Positions 47,871 through 57,821 are shown, counted from the first letter of the stretch. The stretch is DNA of 64,000 bases from a bacterium (GCA_963675755.2 CAXXMD010000001.1:256001-320000), one strand, 5' to 3'. A program made the numbers and translations. The notes: a model not told the origin generated them from the letters alone.

Positions 47871-49775
47871 ATGAAAATTGAACGTGTCCGTGAGATCACT
47901 GAAAAAATTAAAGATGTAAAAATCGCCGTTTATGGAGATTTTTGCCTTGATGTATACTGGCCGCTTGATCCTAAAGGTGGTGAAATGTCAGTGGAAACTG
48001 GTATTCAGGCTGAAGCTGTTAGCCAGCAAAGTTATTCGCTTGGTGGCGCTTCAAATATTGTAGCAAATTTAACTGCGCTTAATCCTGCTTTGATCAAGGT
48101 AATTGGCGTAAGAGGTGACGATGTTTTTGGCCGGGAACTTGAACGTCTGTTAAAAGAAAAAAATGTAGATACCAGTGAACTGTTTATTCAAAAAGAGAAT
48201 TTTGATACATTCACTTATATTAAGCGCATTTTGGAAGATAAAGAACAACCCCGAATTGATTTTGGCTTTTTAAATAAACGATCTGCTGAAACCGATGAAA
48301 AATTATTAGCAGGTATTGAAAAAGCACTGCAGGAATTTGATATTATTATATTCAACCAACAGGTTGTAGGCAGTATACCCAACAAGGCCTTTATTGAAAA
48401 GGTCAATGAATTATGTCAAAAATATCCTGATAAAAATCTGGTGTTTGATTCACGCCATTATGGTGCCGAGTTTCACTATGTTTTGCGTAAACTGAATGAT
48501 ATTGAGGCAGGTATTTTAAATGGTGTTGAATATGAAGCGACTGATGTAATTACTGTTCAGGATGCTGAAGTTTATGCCAAGGCCCTTTATGAACGCTCTA
48601 AAAAACCGGTTGTACTGACTCGTGGTGGCCGTGGAATTCTGGTTTGTGATGAAACCGGTGTTACCGAGATTCCCGGTATTCAATTGTTAAAGAAACTAGA
48701 TACCGTAGGTGCGGGTGATACCACTATTAGTGCATTAGCACTCTGTCTGGCCGCTGGAATTGATACGGTTGATGCTGCCCGTTTTGCCAACATGGCTGCG
48801 GCTGTAACGGTACAAAAACTTTATACAACCGGAACCGCAAATGCTGAAGAAATAATGCAAATTGCGAGTGATACCAACTATTTATATCAACCGGAACTTG
48901 CCGATGATCCACGAAAAGCACAATATTACAAAGATACTGAAATCGAGTTGACATACAGTCTGGATTCCATGCAATTTGGCAGAATTAAATTTGCTGTATT
49001 TGATCATGATGGCACCATCAGTACCTTGCGTCAGGGCTGGGAAGCCATTATGGAACCCATGATGGTAAAAGCGATTCTGGGTGATCAGTATGAAACCGCT
49101 GGTGAAACCTTGTATCATAACGTTGTTCAACGTGTTCGTGATTTTATTGATCAATCTGTTGGAATTCAGACCATTTTGCAAATGGAAGCTCTTGTTGAAC
49201 TTGTTAAAGAATTTGGTATTGTACCGGAGGACCAGATTCTCGATAAATTTGGTTACAAAGAAATTTACAATGATGCATTGATGATTTCTGTTCGTAAACG
49301 TATGGCAAAGCTGGAGCGTAAAGAATTGAGCACTCCGGATTGGACCATGAAAGGTGCTGTTGAATTTTTGCAATCGATGCGTGATAAAGGCGTAACTTTG
49401 TATATGGCTAGTGGAACCGATAAAGAAGACGTTATTAACGAAGCCAAAACCCTGGGTTATGCTGACCTGTTTAATGGCGGTATTTATGGCGCAGTTGGTG
49501 ATGTATCCAAGTTTTCGAAAAAAATGCTCATTGAGCAGATCATGAAAGAGAATAACCTGCATGGATCAGAATTGGTTGTTTTTGGTGATGGTCCGGTTGA
49601 AATCCGTGAATGTCGTAAACGGGATGGTATAGCTGTAGGTATTGCAAGTGATGAATTACAACGTCATAGCCTGAATATTGATAAACGTACCCGTTTGATC
49701 AAGGCTGGCGCCCAGGTCGTCATTCCTGATTATTCTCAACGTGATTATTTGATGGATTTATTATTTAATGGTTAA
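47871..49775 (+). CDS. RfaE/HldE domain-I-like PfkB kinase fused to a C-terminal HAD phosphatase
   Basis: AVYGDFCLDVY, GGASNIVANL, DTVGAGDT, AN.AAAVTVQK..T; HAD motifs FDHDGT, ASGT, FGDGPVE; no HIGH nucleotidyltransferase motif. Confidence 0.85.
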   Translation: MKIERVREITEKIKDVKIAVYGDFCLDVYWPLDPKGGEMSVETGIQAEAVSQQSYSLGGASNIVANLTALNPALIKVIGVRGDDVFGRELERLLKEKNVDTSELFIQKENFDTFTYIKRILEDKEQPRIDFGFLNKRSAETDEKLLAGIEKALQEFDIIIFNQQVVGSIPNKAFIEKVNELCQKYPDKNLVFDSRHYGAEFHYVLRKLNDIEAGILNGVEYEATDVITVQDAEVYAKALYERSKKPVVLTRGGRGILVCDETGVTEIPGIQLLKKLDTVGAGDTTISALALCLAAGIDTVDAARFANMAAAVTVQKLYTTGTANAEEIMQIASDTNYLYQPELADDPRKAQYYKDTEIELTYSLDSMQFGRIKFAVFDHDGTISTLRQGWEAIMEPMMVKAILGDQYETAGETLYHNVVQRVRDFIDQSVGIQTILQMEALVELVKEFGIVPEDQILDKFGYKEIYNDALMISVRKRMAKLERKELSTPDWTMKGAVEFLQSMRDKGVTLYMASGTDKEDVINEAKTLGYADLFNGGIYGAVGDVSKFSKKMLIEQIMKENNLHGSELVVFGDGPVEIRECRKRDGIAVGIASDELQRHSLNIDKRTRLIKAGAQVVIPDYSQRDYLMDLLFNG

Positions 49776-49794
49776 TTAGGTTTTCAGGTGTTGA

Positions 49795-51492
49795 ATGAAA
49801 AGAAGACGTTTTTTACAACTTGCTGGAGCAGTTTCTTTAACTGTTTCCAATAGATTCGCTTTTGCATCATCTTTAACCGAGTCAGATGTGTTTAAAACAC
49901 TCGTTCGGCAAAATGATGATCTGGTGAAAAAGCTTTTACAGGACCAGGAAACGGATGCATCGCATCAATGGTATGGAGCCATTCGAAACGATAATGGTAT
50001 ACATTATCCCATATTAACGGCTAATTATATCTGCTACCTGGTCAGTGCTTTTGTTACACCGGAATCAAATTATTACAAATCCAGCGAGTTGGTTAAATCG
50101 TTGGAACTTGCTGCGAACTATATGATCAATGTAAAGCATAAAGATGGTACAATTGATCTGCTCTCTACAAACTTTCATTCAACACCGGATACCGCTTTTG
50201 CGGTGGAATGGATTGCCATTGCATATACAATTTTGGACCAATCTTCTTTTACTGAAATGAATTCGTCCAAAGATGCGTTGGGTCGTTTTTTGAAAAATGC
50301 GGGCAATGCACTGACAGTGGGAGGTATACATACGCCGAACCATCGTTGGGTTGTCAGTATGGGGTTGGCGCGTATTCACTATTTATTTCCGGATGAAAAG
50401 TATGTTAAACGCATTAATCAATGGCTGAATGAAAAGATTGATATTGATGTGGATGGACAGTACAATGAAAAAAGTACTGCTATTTATTCACCCATTGTCG
50501 ATCGTTGTCTTTTAACCATTGCACGATTGTTGGACAATACTGAATTGTTTGAACCTGTTCGCAGAAATCTTGATATGACTTTGTATTATCTACATCCCAA
50601 TGGTGATGTAGATACAACCGCATCGAGACGTCAGGATCAGGGACGGCGCATGAGTATGGCCCCATATTATTACTCGTACCGTTTTATGGCATTAAAAGAT
50701 AAAAACGGCCAATTTGCATCAATCTGTAAATTAATTGAAAATACAGCGATTGATGGATTAAAGATCGATTTGCCATTATTGATTGAAGATAAAAGTTTAA
50801 CAAAATCATTACCCAAAGAACATCCATTACCAACCCATTATGCCAAACATTTTTCCGGCTCTGAATTGGTAAGAATTCGTCGTGGGGATAAAAGTGCAAC
50901 AATTGCTGTGAACAATTCTACATTTTTCTCATTTTACAAAGGAAATGCCGCTTTGACCGGTTTACGTTTTGCTTCATCATTTTTTGGTAGAAAAGGTCAA
51001 TTCAGTGCAAACCACTTGCAAATTGAGGGGAATAAATATATATTAACAAAAAAAGTAACAGGACCCTATTATCAACCTTATCCTGTTGATGAACTACCGA
51101 ATGATGGTGACTGGGATAAAATGCCCAGATCTAATCGGCCTTTGAGCGAGATCCAAACCTTGATATCGGAAATTGAAATTGTGGAAAATGATGGTGAATT
51201 TGCTGTCAATTTTCATATCCATGGTACTGATCGTATACCGTTTGCAATTGAACTGGGTTTTCGCGAAAACGGTAAGTTAAAAGGTGTTGTTCCGGTTCCC
51301 GGTATAGAGAATGCATTTCTTTTAGAATCCGGTATGGGCTCATTCACACTTGGTGATGATACGATTCAATTTGGCTCCGGTCAGGCAAAGCATACATGGA
51401 CACAATTAAGAGGTGCAGAACCTAAACTTGAAGGTAAAAGTGTTTACATTACCGGTTACACACCTTTGCAATATACTTTAAAAATCAGTTGA
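49795..51492 (+). CDS. Tat-exported hypothetical protein, probable alpha-toroid lyase/hydrolase-like fold
   Basis: KRRRFL Tat motif; GGIHTPNHRW, DGQYNEKS..YS, helical N-half and beta-rich C-half. Confidence 0.65.
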   Translation: MKRRRFLQLAGAVSLTVSNRFAFASSLTESDVFKTLVRQNDDLVKKLLQDQETDASHQWYGAIRNDNGIHYPILTANYICYLVSAFVTPESNYYKSSELVKSLELAANYMINVKHKDGTIDLLSTNFHSTPDTAFAVEWIAIAYTILDQSSFTEMNSSKDALGRFLKNAGNALTVGGIHTPNHRWVVSMGLARIHYLFPDEKYVKRINQWLNEKIDIDVDGQYNEKSTAIYSPIVDRCLLTIARLLDNTELFEPVRRNLDMTLYYLHPNGDVDTTASRRQDQGRRMSMAPYYYSYRFMALKDKNGQFASICKLIENTAIDGLKIDLPLLIEDKSLTKSLPKEHPLPTHYAKHFSGSELVRIRRGDKSATIAVNNSTFFSFYKGNAALTGLRFASSFFGRKGQFSANHLQIEGNKYILTKKVTGPYYQPYPVDELPNDGDWDKMPRSNRPLSEIQTLISEIEIVENDGEFAVNFHIHGTDRIPFAIELGFRENGKLKGVVPVPGIENAFLLESGMGSFTLGDDTIQFGSGQAKHTWTQLRGAEPKLEGKSVYITGYTPLQYTLKIS

Positions 51493-51533
51493 TACTTAAC
51501 ATACCGTCACTCACTTAAACGAGGGAAGATGAA

Positions 51534-52811
51534 ATGAATACCACTACCGCGTCGGCAGGCGCAGCGACTTCTGGAAACAGGAGAAAGTACCTTGTACCTT
51601 TTTTATTAATGACCCTGTTGTTCTTTTTATGGGGTGCTATCGTTTCTCTTAACGATATTTTAATACCTCACCTTAAAAGCCTGTTCAACATGAATTATGC
51701 TCAAACCATGTTGATCCAGTTTTGTTACTTTGCAGCCTATTTCACCATGGCAGTTCCCGCAAGTATGATCATAGGCAAGATTGGTTATAAACGCGGTATT
51801 GTTGTTGGCTTACTCGTAGTAGGTGCGGGATGTTTAATCTTTATTCCTGCTGCATATGTTATTTCTTACGGCTTGTTCCTGTTTGGTCTTTTTGTAATGG
51901 CTACAGGTAATGTGTTTTTACAGGTTGTAGGTAATCCGTATGTTGCAATTCTTGGCCCAGCTGAAACTGCATCCAGTCGTTTGAACTTTGCACAGGGTAT
52001 TAATTCAATTGCTACCGCTTTGATGCCTTATCTTGGTGCTATTTTTATTCTGGGTGATTTTGATAACGCTGCAGATCATGCTGCATCTGTTCAGGGTCCC
52101 TATATTGTACTGGCAGGTTTTGCTGTTTTGGTTGCTATTATTTTTGCAATTCTGCATTTACCCACAATTCAAACTGAATCTAAAACCAAAGTTACTGGCA
52201 GTGTGTTGAGATTCCGTCAGCTTCGCTGGGGTGTTATTGCCCTGACACTTTATGTTGGTGCAGAGGTAACTATTGGTAGCTTTATTGTAAACTTTTTAGG
52301 CGAACCTTATATCGCCGGACTGGCAGAAAAAGCTGCAGCAAAATATATCCCCTTGTATTGGGGCGGTTTAATGGTTGGTCGTTTGTTGGGATCAGCTATC
52401 CTTCAAAAGATTAAAGCCAATGTAGTATTGGTTGTTGCTGCTATTATGTCATTTATCCTTGTTCTTGTAACTATCCTGACTCAGGGTAAAGTTGCAATGT
52501 GGTCAATCTTGTTAGTGGGATTGTTTAATTCTATCATGTGGTCTAATATTTTTGCTATGGCAATTGACGGACTGGGTGAGTATACCAATAAAGCATCTGG
52601 TATTCTGGTTATGGCACCTGTTGGTGGTGCAATTATTCCATTATTACAAGGTGTTTTGGCAGACATTCCGCAAATCGGATTGCATAATTCATATGTATTG
52701 CCTTTACTTTGTTACCTGGTTATCCTTTTCTATGGTATTAATGGATACAAACCTGGTAAAGATGAACTTGATATAAAACTTGATAGCGCCTTGAGTGCTG
52801 AAGCCGCTTAA
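51534..52811 (+). CDS. MFS sugar:H+ symporter (FucP/GluP family)
   Basis: LFFLWG...LNDILIP, KIGYKRGI, NPYV..LGP..TASSRLN.AQG.NS, YVGAEV, GGAIIP; 12 TM. Confidence 0.92.
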   Translation: MNTTTASAGAATSGNRRKYLVPFLLMTLLFFLWGAIVSLNDILIPHLKSLFNMNYAQTMLIQFCYFAAYFTMAVPASMIIGKIGYKRGIVVGLLVVGAGCLIFIPAAYVISYGLFLFGLFVMATGNVFLQVVGNPYVAILGPAETASSRLNFAQGINSIATALMPYLGAIFILGDFDNAADHAASVQGPYIVLAGFAVLVAIIFAILHLPTIQTESKTKVTGSVLRFRQLRWGVIALTLYVGAEVTIGSFIVNFLGEPYIAGLAEKAAAKYIPLYWGGLMVGRLLGSAILQKIKANVVLVVAAIMSFILVLVTILTQGKVAMWSILLVGLFNSIMWSNIFAMAIDGLGEYTNKASGILVMAPVGGAIIPLLQGVLADIPQIGLHNSYVLPLLCYLVILFYGINGYKPGKDELDIKLDSALSAEAA

Positions 52812-52823
52812 TTGTTAACCGAC

Positions 52824-52886
52824 TGTAATATTTGCAGAGCTCTGGTGCTCTGCAAATATTACATATTTTTATAATATGTAATATTT
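52824..52886. repeat. Two overlapping inverted repeats built from three alternating TGTAATATTT units
   Basis: 17-bp stem 52824-52840/52847-52863 and 14-bp stem 52854-52867/52873-52886. Confidence 0.8.
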
Positions 52887-52997
52887 ACCCCATAATATCC
52901 AGAGTTCGTCTATACATTCGGATTCTTTATTCAGTTTGATCTATAACGCGTATATTTTCAATCGTACAGAACTTTATTTAAACACTGTTAATCCTGA

Positions 52998-54194
52998 ATG
53001 AATATGCAACCATGGACAAATAAAATACCTCCTGGACGAAAAGAAGAATTGATTCTCACTTTTCATTCTGCTTTATTTGATGATATTATTCCTTTTTGGG
53101 AAAAATATTCCCCGGATACTGAATTTGGCGGATATCTTACCCGGCTTGAACGCGATGGTAAACCTTATTCCGGTGATAAAGATATGTGGATGACCGGCAG
53201 GGAAATCTGGATGTTCAGTCACCTCTATAATCAATACAAATATGAATCCCGCTGGAAGGATTATGCCAGGCATGGTCTTGAATTTTTATTGAAATTCGGA
53301 TTCAAAGATGATGATAAAATGTATTTCCGTCTGGACCGGCAAGGAAATCCCATAGCATCTTCACTCAGCTTGTTTACCAAAGTTTTTGCATCCATCGGTA
53401 TGGCGGAATACTGGAAAATTGACAACGATCCTGATCTGAAAACCAAAGCTGAAAATTTATATCAACAAATGATGCAAAAATTTGGCTTACCCAGTGATAC
53501 ACCCATGCTTGGGTATCCCATGAATGCAGAATTTCATTTACATTCACATGATATGTGCAAATTAACAGTGGCCTGGGTATTTAATGACATCTGGCCAGAC
53601 AATCAATACGAGCAGGATTGTGCGGATGCCATTACATCAATACTGAATTTGCACTGGAAACCGCAGGAAAAGGTGCTATATGAAAATGTAGCGATGGATG
53701 GCACTCCTTTGCTGCAATATCCTGAAGGCAGACTTTTTCATCCTGGTCACAGTATTGAAAGCTCGTGGATGCTGATGGAAGCTGCAGAAAAGAACAGAGA
53801 TAAGATGTTGCTGCAAACGGCCATAGATATACTACTCGCTTCTCTTGAACAGGGATGGGATAAAGAATTTGGAGGTATCCGTTATCTCACCAATGTGGAT
53901 TGGACACCCTGTCACAGTCTGGAAGCTGATTTAAAGTTATGGTGGCCGCATAGTGAAGCACTGTATGCATTAATGCTGGCTTGGGCTTTAACCGGCAGAC
54001 AAGATATTTCAGATTGGTATACCAAGGTACATGATTATACTTTTAGCCACTTTCCTGACCCGGAATATGGCGAGTGGTTCGGTTACCTGAACCGTGATGG
54101 TTCACCGGTGTGGACTGCCAAGGCTAACGGCTGGAAAGGATTTTTTCATACACCGCGTGCTTTGTTCAGATGTTACCAGTTGTTAAATAAATAA
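52998..54194 (+). CDS. AGE family (N-acylglucosamine 2-epimerase-like) epimerase/isomerase
   Basis: IIPFW...D.EFGGY, W..GR..W.FS, PGHSIE.SW, KLWWPHSEALY, GEWFGYL.R.G, KG.FH.PR. Confidence 0.9.
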   Translation: MNMQPWTNKIPPGRKEELILTFHSALFDDIIPFWEKYSPDTEFGGYLTRLERDGKPYSGDKDMWMTGREIWMFSHLYNQYKYESRWKDYARHGLEFLLKFGFKDDDKMYFRLDRQGNPIASSLSLFTKVFASIGMAEYWKIDNDPDLKTKAENLYQQMMQKFGLPSDTPMLGYPMNAEFHLHSHDMCKLTVAWVFNDIWPDNQYEQDCADAITSILNLHWKPQEKVLYENVAMDGTPLLQYPEGRLFHPGHSIESSWMLMEAAEKNRDKMLLQTAIDILLASLEQGWDKEFGGIRYLTNVDWTPCHSLEADLKLWWPHSEALYALMLAWALTGRQDISDWYTKVHDYTFSHFPDPEYGEWFGYLNRDGSPVWTAKANGWKGFFHTPRALFRCYQLLNK

Positions 54195-54209
54195 TAATCG
54201 GGAAAAGAT

Positions 54210-55532
54210 TTGAATCAATTTATAAAAATTTTAGCAATATTCATTATTGTAATGGTGCTGACTGTTGGTTGTGGTAACCAAGTTCCTAAAAGTGTGCATG
54301 TATCAGATATTGCATTGGGTTGGGCGCAAAATAGCGTGAATACTACAATTTTGCGCAAGAATTCACTGGTTACTTTTAATGATACGCAATATGCCGCTTT
54401 TTATGATTCAATTGGTCATGTTGTACTTGCCAAACGGCAATTGGGCACAGATCAGTGGCTGGTCAAGCAAACCCGCTATTCCGGTAAAATTACGGATGCT
54501 CACAATTCCATCAGCATTATGGTGGATGGTGATGGTTATTTGCACATGGCCTGGGACCATCATAATGATTCTCTGCGCTATTGTAAAAGCATTGCTCCTG
54601 GTTCACTTGATTTTACTGAAAAGCAATCCATGATTGGCAGAGATGAAGTCAAGGTAACCTACCCTGAATTTTATCGGTTACCCAACGGAGATTTGATTTT
54701 TCTTTATCGTGTAGGGAAATCCGGTGACGGCAAACTGGTTATGAATCGATATGATCTCATTAAACGGGAATGGGAACGTATACACGATAATTTGATTGAT
54801 GGAGAAGGGGAGAGAAATGCCTATTGGCAATTTGCAGTAGACTTGTACGGAACATTTCATCTGTCATGGGTATGGCGTGAAACCGGTGATGTAGCGACCA
54901 ATCATGATATGTGTTACGCAAAATCCACAGATGGAGGCGTAACCTGGATAAAGACAACAGGTGATCTGTGTCAGATTCCCATAAATAAAAACAATGCCGA
55001 ATATGCAGTTCGAATCCCACAAAACAGTGAACTGATCAATCAAACATCCATGTGTGCGGATTCAAAAGGACGCCCCTACATTGCTACTTTTTATCGTCAA
55101 GATGGAGAATCAGTACCGCAATATCATCTGATTTATCATGATGGCAATAACTGGCAAACCCGACAGGTATCTGACCGGGAGATACCCTTTTCATTAAGCG
55201 GAGGTGGGACAAAACGCATCCCTATGAGTCGCCCTGTTATTGTTGCAGATACTTTGAATAACCAGGATGCGGCATACATGCTGTTTCGGGATATAGAATA
55301 TGAAAACAGGGTAATGGTTGCAGTATGTAATGATCTGACGACGAATACATGGAAGAATATAGTATTGTCCACTTTATCTGTTGGCGCCTGGGAACCCAGC
55401 TATGATACAGAATTGTGGAAAAAAAGTAAAATTCTGCATATATTTATACAGAATTCGGGTCAAGGAGACGGAGAAAAACTGGAAGCTTTGCCATCGCAGA
55501 TGGTTAGCGTAATACAATGGAAACCAGAGTGA
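54210..55532 (+). CDS. BNR_4 beta-propeller lipoprotein, GH145/PL42-like
   Basis: TTG start, lipobox VGC; DAHNSISIMVDGDGYLH..WDHH, VTYPEFY, RNAYWQ, SWVWRET, TNHD.CYA.S.DGG.TW, IPQNSELINQTSM. Confidence 0.8.
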   Translation: MNQFIKILAIFIIVMVLTVGCGNQVPKSVHVSDIALGWAQNSVNTTILRKNSLVTFNDTQYAAFYDSIGHVVLAKRQLGTDQWLVKQTRYSGKITDAHNSISIMVDGDGYLHMAWDHHNDSLRYCKSIAPGSLDFTEKQSMIGRDEVKVTYPEFYRLPNGDLIFLYRVGKSGDGKLVMNRYDLIKREWERIHDNLIDGEGERNAYWQFAVDLYGTFHLSWVWRETGDVATNHDMCYAKSTDGGVTWIKTTGDLCQIPINKNNAEYAVRIPQNSELINQTSMCADSKGRPYIATFYRQDGESVPQYHLIYHDGNNWQTRQVSDREIPFSLSGGGTKRIPMSRPVIVADTLNNQDAAYMLFRDIEYENRVMVAVCNDLTTNTWKNIVLSTLSVGAWEPSYDTELWKKSKILHIFIQNSGQGDGEKLEALPSQMVSVIQWKPE

Positions 55533-55560
55533 TTTAACCGAAAAATCAAAAGGAAAACCT

Positions 55561-56535
55561 ATGAGCGAGAAAACATATATTGGAATTGATATTGGTGGAA
55601 CCAAAACAGCCGTATTGCTGGTTGATGAAACGGGAAAATTGATTGAACGTAAACAGTTTCAAACCTTTACAGGTAATGGCGGCTGGCAAAAAAGTCTGGA
55701 TGAAATTATTTCCATGATAAAGGAATATCAAGATCAAGCTTCTCCTGCAGCGATTGGTATCAGTTGCGGCGGTCCCCTGAACAGCAGAACCGGTATGATC
55801 TTGTCTCCACCCAATTTACCGGGATGGGATAATGTACCCATTATTGAACTTTTGAACAAAGAATTTGGTTTACCTGTTGCTCTGGAAAATGATGCAAATG
55901 CAGGTGCACTGGCTGAATGGCGTTTTGGTGCAGGCAAGGGCAGTCGTAATATGATATTTTTAACCTTTGGTACGGGTCTGGGAGCAGGACTTGTTTTGGA
56001 TGGCCGGTTATATTCCGGAACCAATGATCTGGGTGGTGAAGCAGGACACCTGCGTTTGGATGATGACGGTCCCATTGGTTTTAACAAACGCGGATCTTTT
56101 GAAGGCTTTTGCAGCGGCACCGGTTTGTCACAAATGATGGCTTTTGAACTGTTATGTCTGGCTGAAGAAATTGGCAAAGAAGCTATGCTTGAAAAATATA
56201 AAGAACCGGGCCAGGTTACAGGCAAAGATGTTGTAATATGGGCACAGGCTGGCGATCCTCTTGCGCTCAAAGTTGTTGAAAAAAGCGGTACCTATTTGGG
56301 CAAAGGATTATCGTTTTTAATTGATATTATAAATCCTGAATTGATAGTGATTGGCAGTATGGGCGTGCGCCTGGGTGACATGCTTTTTGATCCTGCCAGA
56401 AAAGTGATTGAAAAAGAAGCTATACCCGGTGCGGTTGAGGTCTGTAAAATTGTGCCCGCGGAACTGGGTGAGAAAATTGGTGATTATGCTGCATTATGTG
56501 TGGCTATCAAAGCAGAAGAAAATAGTGTAAACTAA
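55561..56535 (+). CDS. ROK family sugar kinase
   Basis: IGIDIGGTK, LENDANAGALAE, GTGLGAG, GEAGH, GSFEGFCSG; no HTH. Confidence 0.92.
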   Translation: MSEKTYIGIDIGGTKTAVLLVDETGKLIERKQFQTFTGNGGWQKSLDEIISMIKEYQDQASPAAIGISCGGPLNSRTGMILSPPNLPGWDNVPIIELLNKEFGLPVALENDANAGALAEWRFGAGKGSRNMIFLTFGTGLGAGLVLDGRLYSGTNDLGGEAGHLRLDDDGPIGFNKRGSFEGFCSGTGLSQMMAFELLCLAEEIGKEAMLEKYKEPGQVTGKDVVIWAQAGDPLALKVVEKSGTYLGKGLSFLIDIINPELIVIGSMGVRLGDMLFDPARKVIEKEAIPGAVEVCKIVPAELGEKIGDYAALCVAIKAEENSVN

Positions 56536-56561
56536 ATGTTCCTCTTGAAATGAGGTGGTCT

Positions 56562-57803
56562 ATGAAACGTTTTGCAAGCCGTTTAAATAGCAATATTGAC
56601 AATCCAAGCCGACGGGATTTCCTCAAGCAGGGAGGCATAGCTGCTTTGGGAATTTCATTATCCGCGAACCCATCTTTTGCGGTTAATACTGCACCAAAAA
56701 AACTCCGAATAGGTATAGTAGGTGGAAGGTTTGGAGCCAGTTTCTTTTTTCATGAACATCCGGATTGTATTGTTCAAGCTGTGAGTGATTTAAGGCCGGA
56801 ACGACGTGAGCACCTCATGAAAACCTACAATTGTTCAAAATCTTACAACTCTCTTGAAGAGTTGGTTAAAGACAAAGATATTGATGCGGTAGGCGTTTTT
56901 ACTGAAGGTCCTAACCATGTAAAACATGTTTTGGAATGTTTAAAACATGGCAAACATGTGATCTGTGCGGTTCCTGCCTGTTGGGCAACCCTGGATGAAG
57001 CAGAACAGTTGTATAATGCGGTAAAATCTTCCGGATTGATTTATATGATGGCTGAAACCAGCTATTATCAGCAGCACACTATATCAGCCCGCGATTTTTA
57101 TAAAAAAGGCGAGTTTGGTGAAATCTATTACTGTGAATCTGAATATCAGCATAACGGGTTGGAATCTTTATATATTGAAGATGGTAAACGGACCTGGCGT
57201 TATGGAGTAGCTCCTATGCATTACCCCACACATTGTACCGCACATTTGCTTAGTGTAACGGGTGAACGCCTTGTGCAAGTCTCCTGTAATGGATGGGGAG
57301 ATGGTGATCCGATACTAAAAGACAATCCATACAATAATCCTTTTTGGAACGAATCCGCAATGTTTACAACGAATAAAGGCCATGCCTTTCGGGTAAATGT
57401 TTGGTGGAAAGGCGCGCATTTGGGTTGTGAACGGGCCCAATGGATTGGAAACAAGATGAGTTTTTATACCAGTAATCCGGTTGGATATGGGCCAACCCTG
57501 GTTGAAACGACCAGTGTTTTGGGTAAAGACGATGCAGGATTTGCCAGAATAGAAGCCAAAAAGACGCCTTATGAACAGCCGGAATGGTGGAAAACGGATT
57601 TGTTGCCTGAACCGTTGCGTCATAACAGCGGACATCATGGATCGCATACATTTTTGACCCATGAATTTGTTGATGCTTGTTTACATGAACGCAAACCGGT
57701 TGTAGATATTCATGAGGCCCTGGCGTATACCGTACCCGGAATTGTTGCACACCAGTCCGCATTGAATGGTGGAGCAAGTAAAGCAATTCCACAGTTTGTT
57801 TAA
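56562..57803 (+). CDS. Tat-exported Gfo/Idh/MocA oxidoreductase
   Basis: SRRDFLK Tat motif, IGIVGG.FG, GKHVICAVP (EKP variant), YMMAET, HYPTH, GHHGSH; SD GAGGTG. Confidence 0.85.
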   Translation: MKRFASRLNSNIDNPSRRDFLKQGGIAALGISLSANPSFAVNTAPKKLRIGIVGGRFGASFFFHEHPDCIVQAVSDLRPERREHLMKTYNCSKSYNSLEELVKDKDIDAVGVFTEGPNHVKHVLECLKHGKHVICAVPACWATLDEAEQLYNAVKSSGLIYMMAETSYYQQHTISARDFYKKGEFGEIYYCESEYQHNGLESLYIEDGKRTWRYGVAPMHYPTHCTAHLLSVTGERLVQVSCNGWGDGDPILKDNPYNNPFWNESAMFTTNKGHAFRVNVWWKGAHLGCERAQWIGNKMSFYTSNPVGYGPTLVETTSVLGKDDAGFARIEAKKTPYEQPEWWKTDLLPEPLRHNSGHHGSHTFLTHEFVDACLHERKPVVDIHEALAYTVPGIVAHQSALNGGASKAIPQFV

Positions 57804-57821
57804 ACCAATCAAGGTAGCTGT

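Noticed and set aside
48882-49562. 226-aa minus-strand ORF
   Set aside because: Antisense shadow of the kinase-HAD gene with no recognisable features.
47286-49775. Call as a standard ADP-heptose/LPS biosynthesis operon
   Set aside because: No nucleotidyltransferase, hldD or waa genes nearby and the neighbours are catabolic; not fully excluded without the rest of the genome.
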